Assembly: GCA_040757835.1 (NCBI GenBank) | Contig: JBFLWJ010000008.1 | Location: 58,464-122,463 of the forward strand | Direction of reading: 5' to 3' | Source: Actinomycetota bacterium | GTDB taxonomy: Bacteria; Actinomycetota; Geothermincolia; Geothermincolales; RBG-13-55-18 | DNA: 64,000 bases | Shown here: in pieces, positions 50,224 through 59,266 of the stretch | Numbering within the stretch: position 1 is the stretch's first letter | Layout: each line of letters begins with the position of its first letter | Position numbers and translations under genes: made by a program | Notes under the pieces: generated by a model | What the model was told of the DNA's origin: nothing | Seen by the model: only the letters and a program-made list of their open reading frames with translations | Database searches by the model: none

Positions 50224-51237
50224 ATGAGCGACGGATTCGAGAAGGACGGTTTCTTCAAGATCGACCCCGAGGCTCACCTGCTGGGGGAGATGGAGCCCAT
50301 CAACCACTTCCCCGGGGTGCAGATGTGGTGGCGGGCGATAGAGAGCATCAGGCGTCCCTTGTTGTTGGGCTTGAAGCCCCCCGTATTCGAGGGATTGGAA
50401 CCGAAGGAGTTGAACAAGGACGAGGACCCCGAAGCCCTGCTGGAGTACATGGACAAGTACGGGGTGGACATCGCCTGCTGCCTGCCCGAGTCCATGATGG
50501 ACACCACCGGCTACACCAGCCGCTGGATGTCGAACGGGGCCATGGCCAGGGTGGTGGACGCCCACCCCGACCGCTTCATGTACCAGCCCAACATCAGCCC
50601 CATCAAGTTCAAGGGCGTGAAGAACACCATCTGGGAGCTGGAGTACTGGGTGAAGGAGCGGGGGGCGAAGATATTCAAGTTCTATCCCCCCGAGGATACC
50701 TACATCAACGACCCCGACCTCTGGCCCTTCTACGAGAAGGCGGAGGAGCTCCAGATCGTGCTCGACATCCACACCGGCTTCTGCTGGGTGCCCCCCGGAA
50801 AGAGCAAGTACGCCCTGCCCCTGCAGCTGGACGACGTGGCCCGGGACTTCCCCGACTTAAAGCTCGTCGCCTTCCACATGGGCTACCCCTACTGCGACGA
50901 CCTCAACATGGTGGCCATGGGGCACCCCAACGTCTACCCCTGCCTCAGCCTGCTCATCCCCTGGGCGATAGGGGCGCCGCGCAAGTTCGCCAAGATCCTG
51001 GGGGAGGCCATGCGCTTCGTGGGCCCGGACCGCATCATCTGGGGATGCGACTATGCCGGCTTCGGCGTGCAGATAAAGACGGCGGTGATGGGCCTGCGCG
51101 AGTTCCAGTTCCCCGAGGACATGCAGGAGGATTACGGCTATCCCGCCCTCACCGACGAGGACCGCGCCAAGATCTTCGGGCTCAACCTGGCCGGCCTGCT
51201 GGGGGTGGACGCATCGAAGCGCAGGATCAAGACGTGA
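50224..51237 (+). CDS. amidohydrolase-2 family TIM-barrel hydrolase/decarboxylase-like protein
   Basis: 337 aa with HTGF, FHMGYPY and CDYAGFG metal-ligand-like positions typical of PF04909. Confidence 0.6.
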   Translation: MSDGFEKDGFFKIDPEAHLLGEMEPINHFPGVQMWWRAIESIRRPLLLGLKPPVFEGLEPKELNKDEDPEALLEYMDKYGVDIACCLPESMMDTTGYTSRWMSNGAMARVVDAHPDRFMYQPNISPIKFKGVKNTIWELEYWVKERGAKIFKFYPPEDTYINDPDLWPFYEKAEELQIVLDIHTGFCWVPPGKSKYALPLQLDDVARDFPDLKLVAFHMGYPYCDDLNMVAMGHPNVYPCLSLLIPWAIGAPRKFAKILGEAMRFVGPDRIIWGCDYAGFGVQIKTAVMGLREFQFPEDMQEDYGYPALTDEDRAKIFGLNLAGLLGVDASKRRIKT

Positions 51238-52205
51238 TGAGGCAAGAGCGCCGACTGGATGTTCATCACCATCTTCTCCCCCCGGAGTACCTGTCCGCCC
51301 TGAACAAGAGAGGCATAACCGAGTTCGCGGGCCGTCCCTTTCCCGAGTGGAGCCCGGAGGTCTCCCTCTCGCTCATGGACCGGCATGGTATAGAGGCCGC
51401 TATAACATCGGTTTCATGCCCGGGAGTATATTTCGGGGACATGGGGCTTGCCAGGGACCTCGCCCGCATGTGCAACGAATATGCCGCGGAGCTTTGTCGC
51501 GGAGAAGACAAGCGATGGGGAGCCTTCGCCGTGCTCCCGCTGCCTGACCTGGATGCCGCGATGGCGGAGCTCGAGTATGCGCTCGATACCCTGCAGCTCG
51601 ACGGCGTCTCCCTGCTCGCGAGCATCGGCAGGCGATATCTTGGCGACCCCTGCTTCGATGAAATATTCGCCGAGCTGAACAGGCGGAGGGCCGTGGTGTT
51701 CATACACCCCAGCGTCCCGCCGGGAAGCGATGTCCCGGAGTTGGACCTGCCATATTTTCTCGTGGAGTTCGTCTTCGATACCACCCGGGCAATAGCCAAC
51801 CTCCTTTTCGGCGGAACCATGGAGAGATGCGCGGACATACGCTTCATCGTGGCTCATGCCGGTGGGACTGTTCCCTACCTGGTGTTCAGGCTGTCCCTGG
51901 GGCAGTTTCTTCCCGGCCTGCAGGAGAAAGTGCCTGAGGGAGTCGCGGCCTATCTCGGCCGCCTTTACTACGACACCGCCCTTTCGGCGTCACCCGCCGC
52001 CCTCCGTTCGCTGCAGGAGCTGGTGGATAGCTCTCGTATAGTCTTTGGTAGCGATTATCCTTTCGCTCCCGAGCTGGCGACCGCGATCACCATCTCAGGC
52101 CTGGAGGACTACGACGGGTTCGACGAGCGGGAACTGAGAGCGGTCTATGGCGAGAACGCTCTATCTCTATTCCCCCGCCTGCAACCGACGGAAAGGAGAG
52201 GATAG
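51237..52205 (+). CDS. amidohydrolase-2 family protein (second paralog)
   Basis: LDVHHHLLPPEY N-terminal His motif, HPS, VAHAGG and GSDYPF. Start overlaps the upstream stop (TGATG). Confidence 0.65.
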   Translation: MRQERRLDVHHHLLPPEYLSALNKRGITEFAGRPFPEWSPEVSLSLMDRHGIEAAITSVSCPGVYFGDMGLARDLARMCNEYAAELCRGEDKRWGAFAVLPLPDLDAAMAELEYALDTLQLDGVSLLASIGRRYLGDPCFDEIFAELNRRRAVVFIHPSVPPGSDVPELDLPYFLVEFVFDTTRAIANLLFGGTMERCADIRFIVAHAGGTVPYLVFRLSLGQFLPGLQEKVPEGVAAYLGRLYYDTALSASPAALRSLQELVDSSRIVFGSDYPFAPELATAITISGLEDYDGFDERELRAVYGENALSLFPRLQPTERRG

Positions 52206-52208
52206 CCC

Positions 52209-53399
52209 GTGAGGGAGACCGAGATAGTCAATACTTCCACCCCGGACGGCCCCTTCAAGGTAGGGGTAAGGACCGAGTGGCTGGAGTTCGAGGGACGCGA
52301 CCTGCGCGTGGTCATCTGGTATCCCGCCCGGGAGGTGGAGAAAGCCGAGCCCCATGTATTCCGGAGCGATGATCTGGGATCCGCGGTGAGAGGGTCGGCG
52401 GTGCTGGAGGCCCCGCCCGACAGGTCGGGCGCGCCCTACCCCATGATACTCTACTCGCCGGCCCTGACCGCTCCCGCGGACGCCTCGGTATTCTATACCC
52501 AGAACCTGGCTAGCCACGGCTATGTCGTCGCCGCCGTCGATCACCTGGATGCAAACCACTTGGACCTGGTCGTCCGGGACGGGAACTGGAAAAACCTCCT
52601 CCGATACTTTCCGAGGATGTTCAAAGAGTTCGTCACCGGCGATCCGAGCGTAACGGTCCTCGTGATGTTCAGCGGCCATTTTCGCAGTACCGAGTTCGGG
52701 CTGAAATACCGGCCGCATGAGGCGAGGCTGGCGATCGACAATGCCGCTATATGGAACGGGGACGCCTCATCGCCGCTGTACGGCATGATCGACCTCGATA
52801 CAATAGGCATGACCGGTCATTCCCTCGGGGCGTGGACCACCCTCCTACTCGGGGGCATGTCCCTCAAGTACGACGAGAGCTTATGTGCCGGCGACTCCGA
52901 TATCAACAGTGGGTGCATCGCCGATCATGACCCCGTCTGCACCCGGTCCGCCAGATCCCTTGAGAGCCCCTACGCGCTGCGGGACGAAAGGATCAAGGCG
53001 ATACTCCCCATGGCTTCGCCGATCTTCCACCACGATGCGCCGGATAACGCAAGGGAGATCAAGGTACCGTTGATGTTCCTTACCGGCGATGATAAGAGAT
53101 GGGAAGCCACTTTCTACCGCCAGAAAGAGGTGTACGACAGCGCGCCAGGCCCCAAACATTTCGTGGTCATCCGGGACACCGATCACTATGTGATCTGCGA
53201 CATGTGGCTGAAATCCCGCGTTATCCTTGCTAGATTCCGGCTACCCAAATTCAAGCAGAATTTCCAGGAGAAGGCCCAGGCTTACAAGGATTACTCAGTG
53301 GCTTTTTTCGATCTCTATCTCAAGGGCGATGACAGTAGAGCGGACGTCCTGCAAGCGCCGAACCAACCTCTTGTAAAACAGGTATGGAGCGAGATATGA
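52209..53399 (+). CDS. alpha/beta-hydrolase fold enzyme (PAF-acetylhydrolase/dienelactone-hydrolase-like)
   Basis: GHSLG nucleophile elbow (IGMTGHSLGAWTT). GTG start after AGGAGAGG. Confidence 0.6.
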   Translation: MRETEIVNTSTPDGPFKVGVRTEWLEFEGRDLRVVIWYPAREVEKAEPHVFRSDDLGSAVRGSAVLEAPPDRSGAPYPMILYSPALTAPADASVFYTQNLASHGYVVAAVDHLDANHLDLVVRDGNWKNLLRYFPRMFKEFVTGDPSVTVLVMFSGHFRSTEFGLKYRPHEARLAIDNAAIWNGDASSPLYGMIDLDTIGMTGHSLGAWTTLLLGGMSLKYDESLCAGDSDINSGCIADHDPVCTRSARSLESPYALRDERIKAILPMASPIFHHDAPDNAREIKVPLMFLTGDDKRWEATFYRQKEVYDSAPGPKHFVVIRDTDHYVICDMWLKSRVILARFRLPKFKQNFQEKAQAYKDYSVAFFDLYLKGDDSRADVLQAPNQPLVKQVWSEI

Positions 53400-53526
53400 A
53401 ACACCTGAAGGAGGGGGATGCCCTCATCCACATCCTCTATGAAGTGGAGCAAGCGGCGGCAGGCCGTATAGATTATATGCCGTGGGACCGTCTTTATCTA
53501 TGCGTCTGGCTTCAGTGGCTATATAT

Positions 53527-53697
53527 GGCCCGTCCTGCCCGAAAGGCGGTGTGCTTCACGGGTACCCTTGTTGCATGTGGCCTCTCTTCTTGTCAGATGC
53601 AGCTCTTGAGCTGGTAATTCAAGGATGATCTGCTGGATGTCGTCAGCATCCTGAAATGACGGGATTGCCCACTGTGTTTAAAACGTGCCCATTTTCG
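53527..53697 (+). repeat. intergenic repeat family copy B
   Basis: box1 ggcccgtcctgcccgaaaggcggtgtgctt (identical to copy A). box2 cactgtgtttaaaacgtgcccattttcg lies about 127 bp downstream. Confidence 0.75.
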
Positions 53698-53786
53698 ATG
53701 GCCAACCTGGCCGGCCTGACAGTCATATAGAATTGGTATAATTATCGCAGAGCGGAGAGCAAAGTAATCGATGGGTAAGAAAGCAT

Positions 53787-53918
53787 GGAGATCAACGACC
53801 TGGTTCATGATTATTTCAACGTTGATGCCGATGAAGTATGGTCGACCGTGGAGAAGGATCTGCCTGCCCTCAAGGCCGACATACTCACCATCCTAAGGGA
53901 TATTGAAGCTTGACAATT
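53787..53918 (+). CDS. possible 43-aa acidic small protein
   Basis: ATG preceded by AAGAAAG. Translation MEINDLVHDYFNVDADEVWSTVEKDLPALKADILTILRDIEA. It lies downstream of an extended -10 promoter (TGGTATAAT near 53735). Too short for the ORF track. Confidence 0.25.
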
Positions 53919-54030
53919 CTCACGCAATCCAATGCAACTGCATGAATATAGTTACTGGTAGAACGAACTTGGATTTCGTTGGAAACGCCAATGCGGTGGC
54001 TGCCTAAAAACCGAAAAAGGAGGTTCGGCG

Positions 54031-54243
54031 ATGCCTGAATCAAGCAATTGTCCCAAGTGCGGCGGGGCTATGATCCCGGGGTCGCTCAAAGAGCGAACGT
54101 TATATGGTCCCTCTCCATACCAGTGGGTTCCATCAGATGATGCTCCTTTCCCCATGAAGGGAGCTCCAAGCAATCGACATGATATCTCGATATATCGTTG
54201 TGAGGATTGTGGATACCTGGAATTATATGCAATATCCGGCTGA
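54031..54243 (+). CDS. 70-aa zinc-ribbon protein
   Basis: Strong RBS AAAAAGGAGG. CPKCGG...CEDCG tetra-Cys ribbon. Confidence 0.5.
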   Translation: MPESSNCPKCGGAMIPGSLKERTLYGPSPYQWVPSDDAPFPMKGAPSNRHDISIYRCEDCGYLELYAISG

Positions 54244-54295
54244 TATAAATGACTTGTCTGGTTCTCTATGACGAGTAGATCAGAAGACTCACATG

Positions 54296-54458
54296 CCTCG
54301 AAAGGCGCTGTGCTTGGCAAAATATCTGGCGGAACGGTGTTCTTTGCTCTCCGCCTATGTATATCTTAAGCGGCGTTTTTTCGGCTAAAGGCTGCAAAAT
54401 ACATAGGAGCTTGGAAACCGCCCGATTCCCGGCTGTGTCCAGATTGTGCCTATTTTCT
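54296..54458 (+). repeat. intergenic repeat family copy C
   Basis: box1 cctcgaaaggcgctgtgctt and box2 gctgtgtccagattgtgcctattttct. TGTCCA-N18-ATAATT forms a plausible sigma70 promoter about 100 bp upstream of the AbiEi start. Confidence 0.7.
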
Positions 54459-54555
54459 GATAATTGCTGAGTGTCCAAGATATTCGGATAAGAACCTTTA
54501 CAAAACATGTCTTTATAGCTAATATTATTAATTATAAAAGCATGATACGTAAAGG

Positions 54556-55371
54556 ATGAAAGAGATGGTTGTCAATGAGTTCCTGGAACGGCACCCGGTG
54601 TTCACCCTTACAGAGTTCAAGGCTTTCCTGGATGAGAACGCATCGGTGAACAAGTGGACGCAGCAAAACCTCCTCGCATATTACAAGAAGAAAGGGAGAA
54701 TACTCGGGGTCAAGCGGGGGCTTTACGCCGTGGTACCCCTAGGCATGGAGCCGGACAGCTTCCTTCCCGATCCATTCCTTCTTGCGGCCAAGATGGCGGA
54801 GGATGCAGTGCTCTCATATCATACGGCCCTGGAATTCTACGGTTCTGCCTATTCCGTTCACAATCGCTTCATATACTTGTCTGGGGTTCAGAGAAAAGAA
54901 CTATCCTGGAGGGGATACGTTTTTAGAAGCGTCCCCTTCCCGGGAGCCCTGCTCAAGAAGAGGAAAGAGTCGTTCGGTATAAATGCAGAAGACCGAAGGG
55001 GTCTTGGAGTGAAGGTCACGGGCTTGGAGCGCACCATGGTCGACGTTTTCGACCGGCCCGACCTCGGGGGCGGCTGGGAAGAGATATGGCGCAGCCTGGA
55101 CCTCGTGGACTATCTGAAACTGGAAGAGGTGGTGAGGTACGCCCTGCTCCTCGACAACTCCACGACGGTGGCAAAAGTCGGCTTCTACTTAGAGCAGAAC
55201 AAGGAACGCCTGATGGTGGATGACTCGCATCTCGATCGCCTGAGGAAAAAGATGCCCCTTTCCCCCCGCAAAATGGAGCGCACAGGAAGCCAGCCCGGCA
55301 AATTCGTATCCGCTTGGAACCTGGCAGTTCCCAGGCCAGTTTACGAAAAGGTATGGGAGGAGGTCACATGA
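54556..55371 (+). CDS. abiEi: AbiEi-family type IV toxin-antitoxin system antitoxin (transcriptional regulator domain)
   Basis: N-terminal AbiEi_4-like winged helix (VFTLTEFKAFL...GRILGVKRGLYAVVP). 271 aa. Overlaps the downstream gene by ATGA. Confidence 0.7.
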   Translation: MKEMVVNEFLERHPVFTLTEFKAFLDENASVNKWTQQNLLAYYKKKGRILGVKRGLYAVVPLGMEPDSFLPDPFLLAAKMAEDAVLSYHTALEFYGSAYSVHNRFIYLSGVQRKELSWRGYVFRSVPFPGALLKKRKESFGINAEDRRGLGVKVTGLERTMVDVFDRPDLGGGWEEIWRSLDLVDYLKLEEVVRYALLLDNSTTVAKVGFYLEQNKERLMVDDSHLDRLRKKMPLSPRKMERTGSQPGKFVSAWNLAVPRPVYEKVWEEVT

Positions 55372-56336
55372 TCCTTTCCCGGGAAGGGCTTGCGCGGGCG
55401 GTGGCCTCGAGCGGCTTCCGCGAGGATTACCTGGAGAAGAGCATCAGGTTGCTGTATCTCCTGGAGGCGATCAAGGATAATCCGTTCCTGAGATCGAGAT
55501 TGGTTTTAAAGGGAGGAACGGCACTGAACCTCTTTATCATGGAACTGCCCCGCCTTTCCGTGGACATCGACCTCAATTACATCGGCTCTCCGGAAAGGGG
55601 GGTCATGCTGGAGGAACGGCCCCTGGTCGAACGCACCCTCCAGGCTATCTGCGGCCGCGAGGGATTCCGGGTGAGGCGCATACCAAGCGATCATGCGGGA
55701 GGTAAGTGGTTATTGAGGTTTGATAGCACGCTGGGGAGAGGAGGCTCTCTCGAACTCGACATCAACTTCCTTATGAGAATCCCTCTTTGGGATCCAAATA
55801 CTATTGATTCTCAAGCCCTAGGCGATCATCAAGTAGGTGGCATCGCTGTACTGGACAAACATGAGCTTATGGCGGGTAAAGCCGTTGCCCTGCTGTCGCG
55901 CAGGGCGGCCCGTGACCTCTTCGATTGCCATGGGTTGCCAAGAGCCCTATCCCTTGTTGCCGACAAGCTGCGTCTGGCCTTTGTCGTAAATGGAGGCATG
56001 AGCCGGAGGGATTGGCGCGATGTATCGCTTGACGACATAGGATACGACATCAATGAATTGCATAACGTTCTCCTGCCCACTCTCCGCAATGATTATGCAT
56101 CGGGTATCAAGGATGTCAGTTCTTGGGCAGACCGCCTGGTGCTCGAGTGCCGGGAAGAGCTTTCGGTCCTCTTGCCCTTGCGAGCGAACGAGGTCGATTT
56201 TCTCACGTCTTTGAACGAGGAAGGAGAGATACTCCCAGGGCTGCTGACATCAGATAAATATCTGGCACGTAAGATCGAGAGGCAACCTGGGTTGCTCTGG
56301 AAGGCTCAAAATGTCAAGGAATACAGAAGAACATAG
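55368..56336 (+). CDS. abiEii: AbiEii/AbiGii-family nucleotidyltransferase toxin (DUF1814)
   Basis: Hallmark LKGGTALNLF...RLSVDIDLNY nucleotidyltransferase motif. 322 aa. Confidence 0.8.
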   Translation: MILSREGLARAVASSGFREDYLEKSIRLLYLLEAIKDNPFLRSRLVLKGGTALNLFIMELPRLSVDIDLNYIGSPERGVMLEERPLVERTLQAICGREGFRVRRIPSDHAGGKWLLRFDSTLGRGGSLELDINFLMRIPLWDPNTIDSQALGDHQVGGIAVLDKHELMAGKAVALLSRRAARDLFDCHGLPRALSLVADKLRLAFVVNGGMSRRDWRDVSLDDIGYDINELHNVLLPTLRNDYASGIKDVSSWADRLVLECREELSVLLPLRANEVDFLTSLNEEGEILPGLLTSDKYLARKIERQPGLLWKAQNVKEYRRT

Positions 56337-56449
56337 TTGCTCAACACAAAATGTACCCTCACTTTATCTGTTCTCGAGATATAATTCACTGCGCATCGTG
56401 AATATAATACGATATGGTAATATATGTTAAGCTCGTGCACCTCGAAAGG

Positions 56450-56602
56450 CGTTGTGCTTACCCACCAATCCTGCGAATCCAATAATTGTAGGCACCACAA
56501 ACACATGCTTTTAGCTGGGACAATATGTCCGTTGTGACCTATTCCGTTTTTTTCTCGAAAAGTGTGATTTGCCCTGCTGTGTCCATATTGTGCCCATTTT
56601 CG
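56450..56602 (+). repeat. intergenic repeat family copy D
   Basis: box1 cctcgaaaggcgttgtgctt and box2 gctgtgtccatattgtgcccattttcg. TGTCCA-N17-TATATT forms a promoter-like element upstream of qatA. Confidence 0.7.
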
Positions 56603-56762
56603 TATATTTGGGCATTTACTAGGTACTCTTGTGGATTAATTGCGCTAATTGCCTATCTGACACCTGAATCAATGGTGTGCTTTCAGCACCACAGATGTAT
56701 CCTATACTCTGTAGAAGGGGTTGTAGAATACTGTAAAACCTATTTTACATGAGGGGGATGCT

Positions 56763-58562
56763 ATGTGGCCTGATAATGAGACGTCGATCGACCTTCTAGG
56801 CTTTGAACATCTTGTCGATGCACTTGAAATTGTGCTGACAGACTCGAAATTGCTCCCTGTGACAGTGGGCGTAGTTGGTGACTGGGGGTCTGGAAAAACG
56901 AGCCTAATACGGATGGCTGAGGAAAAGCTCAAGCAGATTCCCGGAATCGTAACTGTATCTTTTAATCCTTGGCGTTTTGAGGGTTACGATGATATGAAAG
57001 CTGCTTTGATGTCGGCAGTTATTTCTGAAATTGAAAGGAAAATTGAGGATAACCCTACCGTATTCGAAAAAGTCGCTAGAGGCTTGAAAAGACTTGCGCG
57101 AATAATCGGTTTAGTTCGAGCAGCACCTATAGCTGCTGCAGCACTTGCCTCTGCAGCGCACGCCCCAACTGCTGTGGCGTTAATGTTAGGCGAAATGGCT
57201 GGAGCAGTTGCCGAAGCAGCTACAGAGGAAAAGGAAGATGAAGATACGGAATTAGTATTATCTATCGCTGAATTCCATCAGGAGTTCGAGCGAATAATGA
57301 AAGAATTGGGCGACGAAGTTGAAGCAGTCATCGTTTTTGTAGATGATCTCGATCGCTGTTTGCCAGAAACGATCATTAATACTTTCGAGGCCATCCGATT
57401 GTTCCTCCATGTTAACAAGACTGCATATGTAATTGCAGCCCACCCAAGGATAGTGGAGGCGGCAATTGAAGCTAGATACATTGACAACAGACGCGGGGAT
57501 GAGAATCTAGGGCGCGACTATTTAGAAAAGATCTTCCAAATGACAATAACGGTGCCAGCGCTTTCGGAACCAGAAGTTGAAAGCTATATTAACTTACTTC
57601 TGTCTGAGCAATATCTGGAGAGAGAAGAGTTAGACAAACTGCGTGAGGAAGCTAGTAAGCGGCGGCGTGAGGGCCAATTCGGTGTAGTAATGAACTATGG
57701 AATCGCAAGTGGGATAATTGGAGGCTCAAAGGAACTCGATTCTGACTTTGCTCTAGCAAATCAAATTGCGCCCGTGCTTGCTAGGGGTTTACGCGGAAAT
57801 CCACGGCAGATTAAAAGATTCCTCAATACATTTATGCTACGACGGCGTACTGCGGAGCGGCGGGGTATAGACTTGGACCCTGCAATTTTGGCGAAATTAA
57901 TGATACTTGAGTTAAATCTGGAAGAGTTTAAGCAACTCTTCTTATGGCAGCTTGTGCAGGATGGTCAACCCAACGAACTGGTTGAAGCGGAGGAAAAAGC
58001 GCGCTCGAATGCTATACAGGAACTAGAAGGAGAAGTCGCAACTTGGGCAGCCAGACCCAATGTGTTGGAATGGTTGTGTCTTGATCCACCTCTAGCCGAT
58101 TTACCGCTAGGTAGATATTTCTATTTCTCCCGCGACAGACTATCTCCGGCTGCTCCTGCAGCAAGATTATCAGCTGCTCTACAGGAACTCCTGGCACGGC
58201 TACAAGTTGATTCAGACGCACTACGTCGGGCTGCCATCAATGAAGCAGTAAGTCTGCCGAGGGAGCAAATTGTTCAGGTCTTCGATGCTCTTCTTGAGAA
58301 GGCAATTCGTAAGCCAGAGGGACCTGCAATGGATAGCAGCTTGGAACTCGCGGCGAAACAACAAACGCTCATTGATGATTTTGCTAATGCACTTGAAAGA
58401 ATCCCTGTCGCGAGCGTACCAATTCATCTGCCCTTGAAAATCCGATTAACTTTCGGGGATCAGAATCCACGTCTCGAAGCAGTATTAGATTCTTGGGATA
58501 AATGCGGGTCTGGGGATCTAAGAAATGCTATTGTCCAAGCCCGAAGCAAGGGAGATACGTAA
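56763..58562 (+). CDS. qatA: QatA, KAP-family P-loop NTPase of the QatABCD anti-phage system
   Basis: Walker A GVVGDWGSGKTSLI and KAP-type Walker B VIVFVDDLDRCLPE. 599 aa. It is the first gene of a four-gene translationally coupled operon. Confidence 0.8.
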   Translation: MWPDNETSIDLLGFEHLVDALEIVLTDSKLLPVTVGVVGDWGSGKTSLIRMAEEKLKQIPGIVTVSFNPWRFEGYDDMKAALMSAVISEIERKIEDNPTVFEKVARGLKRLARIIGLVRAAPIAAAALASAAHAPTAVALMLGEMAGAVAEAATEEKEDEDTELVLSIAEFHQEFERIMKELGDEVEAVIVFVDDLDRCLPETIINTFEAIRLFLHVNKTAYVIAAHPRIVEAAIEARYIDNRRGDENLGRDYLEKIFQMTITVPALSEPEVESYINLLLSEQYLEREELDKLREEASKRRREGQFGVVMNYGIASGIIGGSKELDSDFALANQIAPVLARGLRGNPRQIKRFLNTFMLRRRTAERRGIDLDPAILAKLMILELNLEEFKQLFLWQLVQDGQPNELVEAEEKARSNAIQELEGEVATWAARPNVLEWLCLDPPLADLPLGRYFYFSRDRLSPAAPAARLSAALQELLARLQVDSDALRRAAINEAVSLPREQIVQVFDALLEKAIRKPEGPAMDSSLELAAKQQTLIDDFANALERIPVASVPIHLPLKIRLTFGDQNPRLEAVLDSWDKCGSGDLRNAIVQARSKGDT

Positions 58563-59266
58563 TGGGAACATCGTCTGATTATTCCGGATCAACTGGAGGC
58601 CCTTGGACTCGTTTCAAACGAGCGGCAACAGATTTCGCGAAATACGGCGGTGAGGAACGTGCCCGTCGCGTTATGGCTCGCCACGTTGCCACATTAGGTG
58701 GCGCAAGAAGAGCGTCAGAATCTGCAAAAGCTGGCATATCAACTGCTCAGAGATTAGGCGAGGCATTAACAAGGCTTGGGACATTAGGATTAGATGCAAC
58801 ATTACAATCATATAATCTTGATTACTTGATCGGCAAAGACAGATTCGATGTTCTGCAAGCCCTTATTGAAATAATTGCTCCGCCAGGTACAGATCTAGAA
58901 AGTGAAGCAGCCCGCAATGCAGCTTTAGATGTTATTGAAGAAGTATTCGGCGAGGGTAATTCTTATGAAGATTTGTCGTCTACTCAGTTTGACCACGATG
59001 GGCTTGTCAATGCATTAGAGTTGTTTATTGCAGCATATGTCTATAACCGGGCCATTCCACTTATCGAAAAGCGGCTTAGCGAGTTAAGTGCAGGCGAGGC
59101 TGATAATCGTGATAAAGCTCTACATATCTTCATTAAACAACTTGTCAGGCTGAGGTTAAAAGACATGGATCCTTTGCAGATAGACTGGAAGGGGACAGAA
59201 GGTCATAGCATTATCCAACGGCTAATCCGTGGCTTATATAGCCAATTGGAATCTTGGGATGAATGA
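58562..59266 (+). CDS. qatB: QatB (unknown-function component of QatABCD)
   Basis: 235-aa ORF overlapping the qatA stop (TAATG) and the qatC start (ATGA). Its position and size match QatB. Confidence 0.55.
   Translation: MGTSSDYSGSTGGPWTRFKRAATDFAKYGGEERARRVMARHVATLGGARRASESAKAGISTAQRLGEALTRLGTLGLDATLQSYNLDYLIGKDRFDVLQALIEIIAPPGTDLESEAARNAALDVIEEVFGEGNSYEDLSSTQFDHDGLVNALELFIAAYVYNRAIPLIEKRLSELSAGEADNRDKALHIFIKQLVRLRLKDMDPLQIDWKGTEGHSIIQRLIRGLYSQLESWDE

Noticed and set aside
48663-50258. 531-aa minus-strand ORF opposite the OYE gene
   Set aside because: Shadow ORF. The sense gene has canonical OYE motifs.
58221-58427. Small antisense ORFs inside qatA, qatB and qatC (for example 58012..58221, 58221..58427 and 59862..60113)
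   Set aside because: Short shadow ORFs within well-supported coding regions of the Qat operon.
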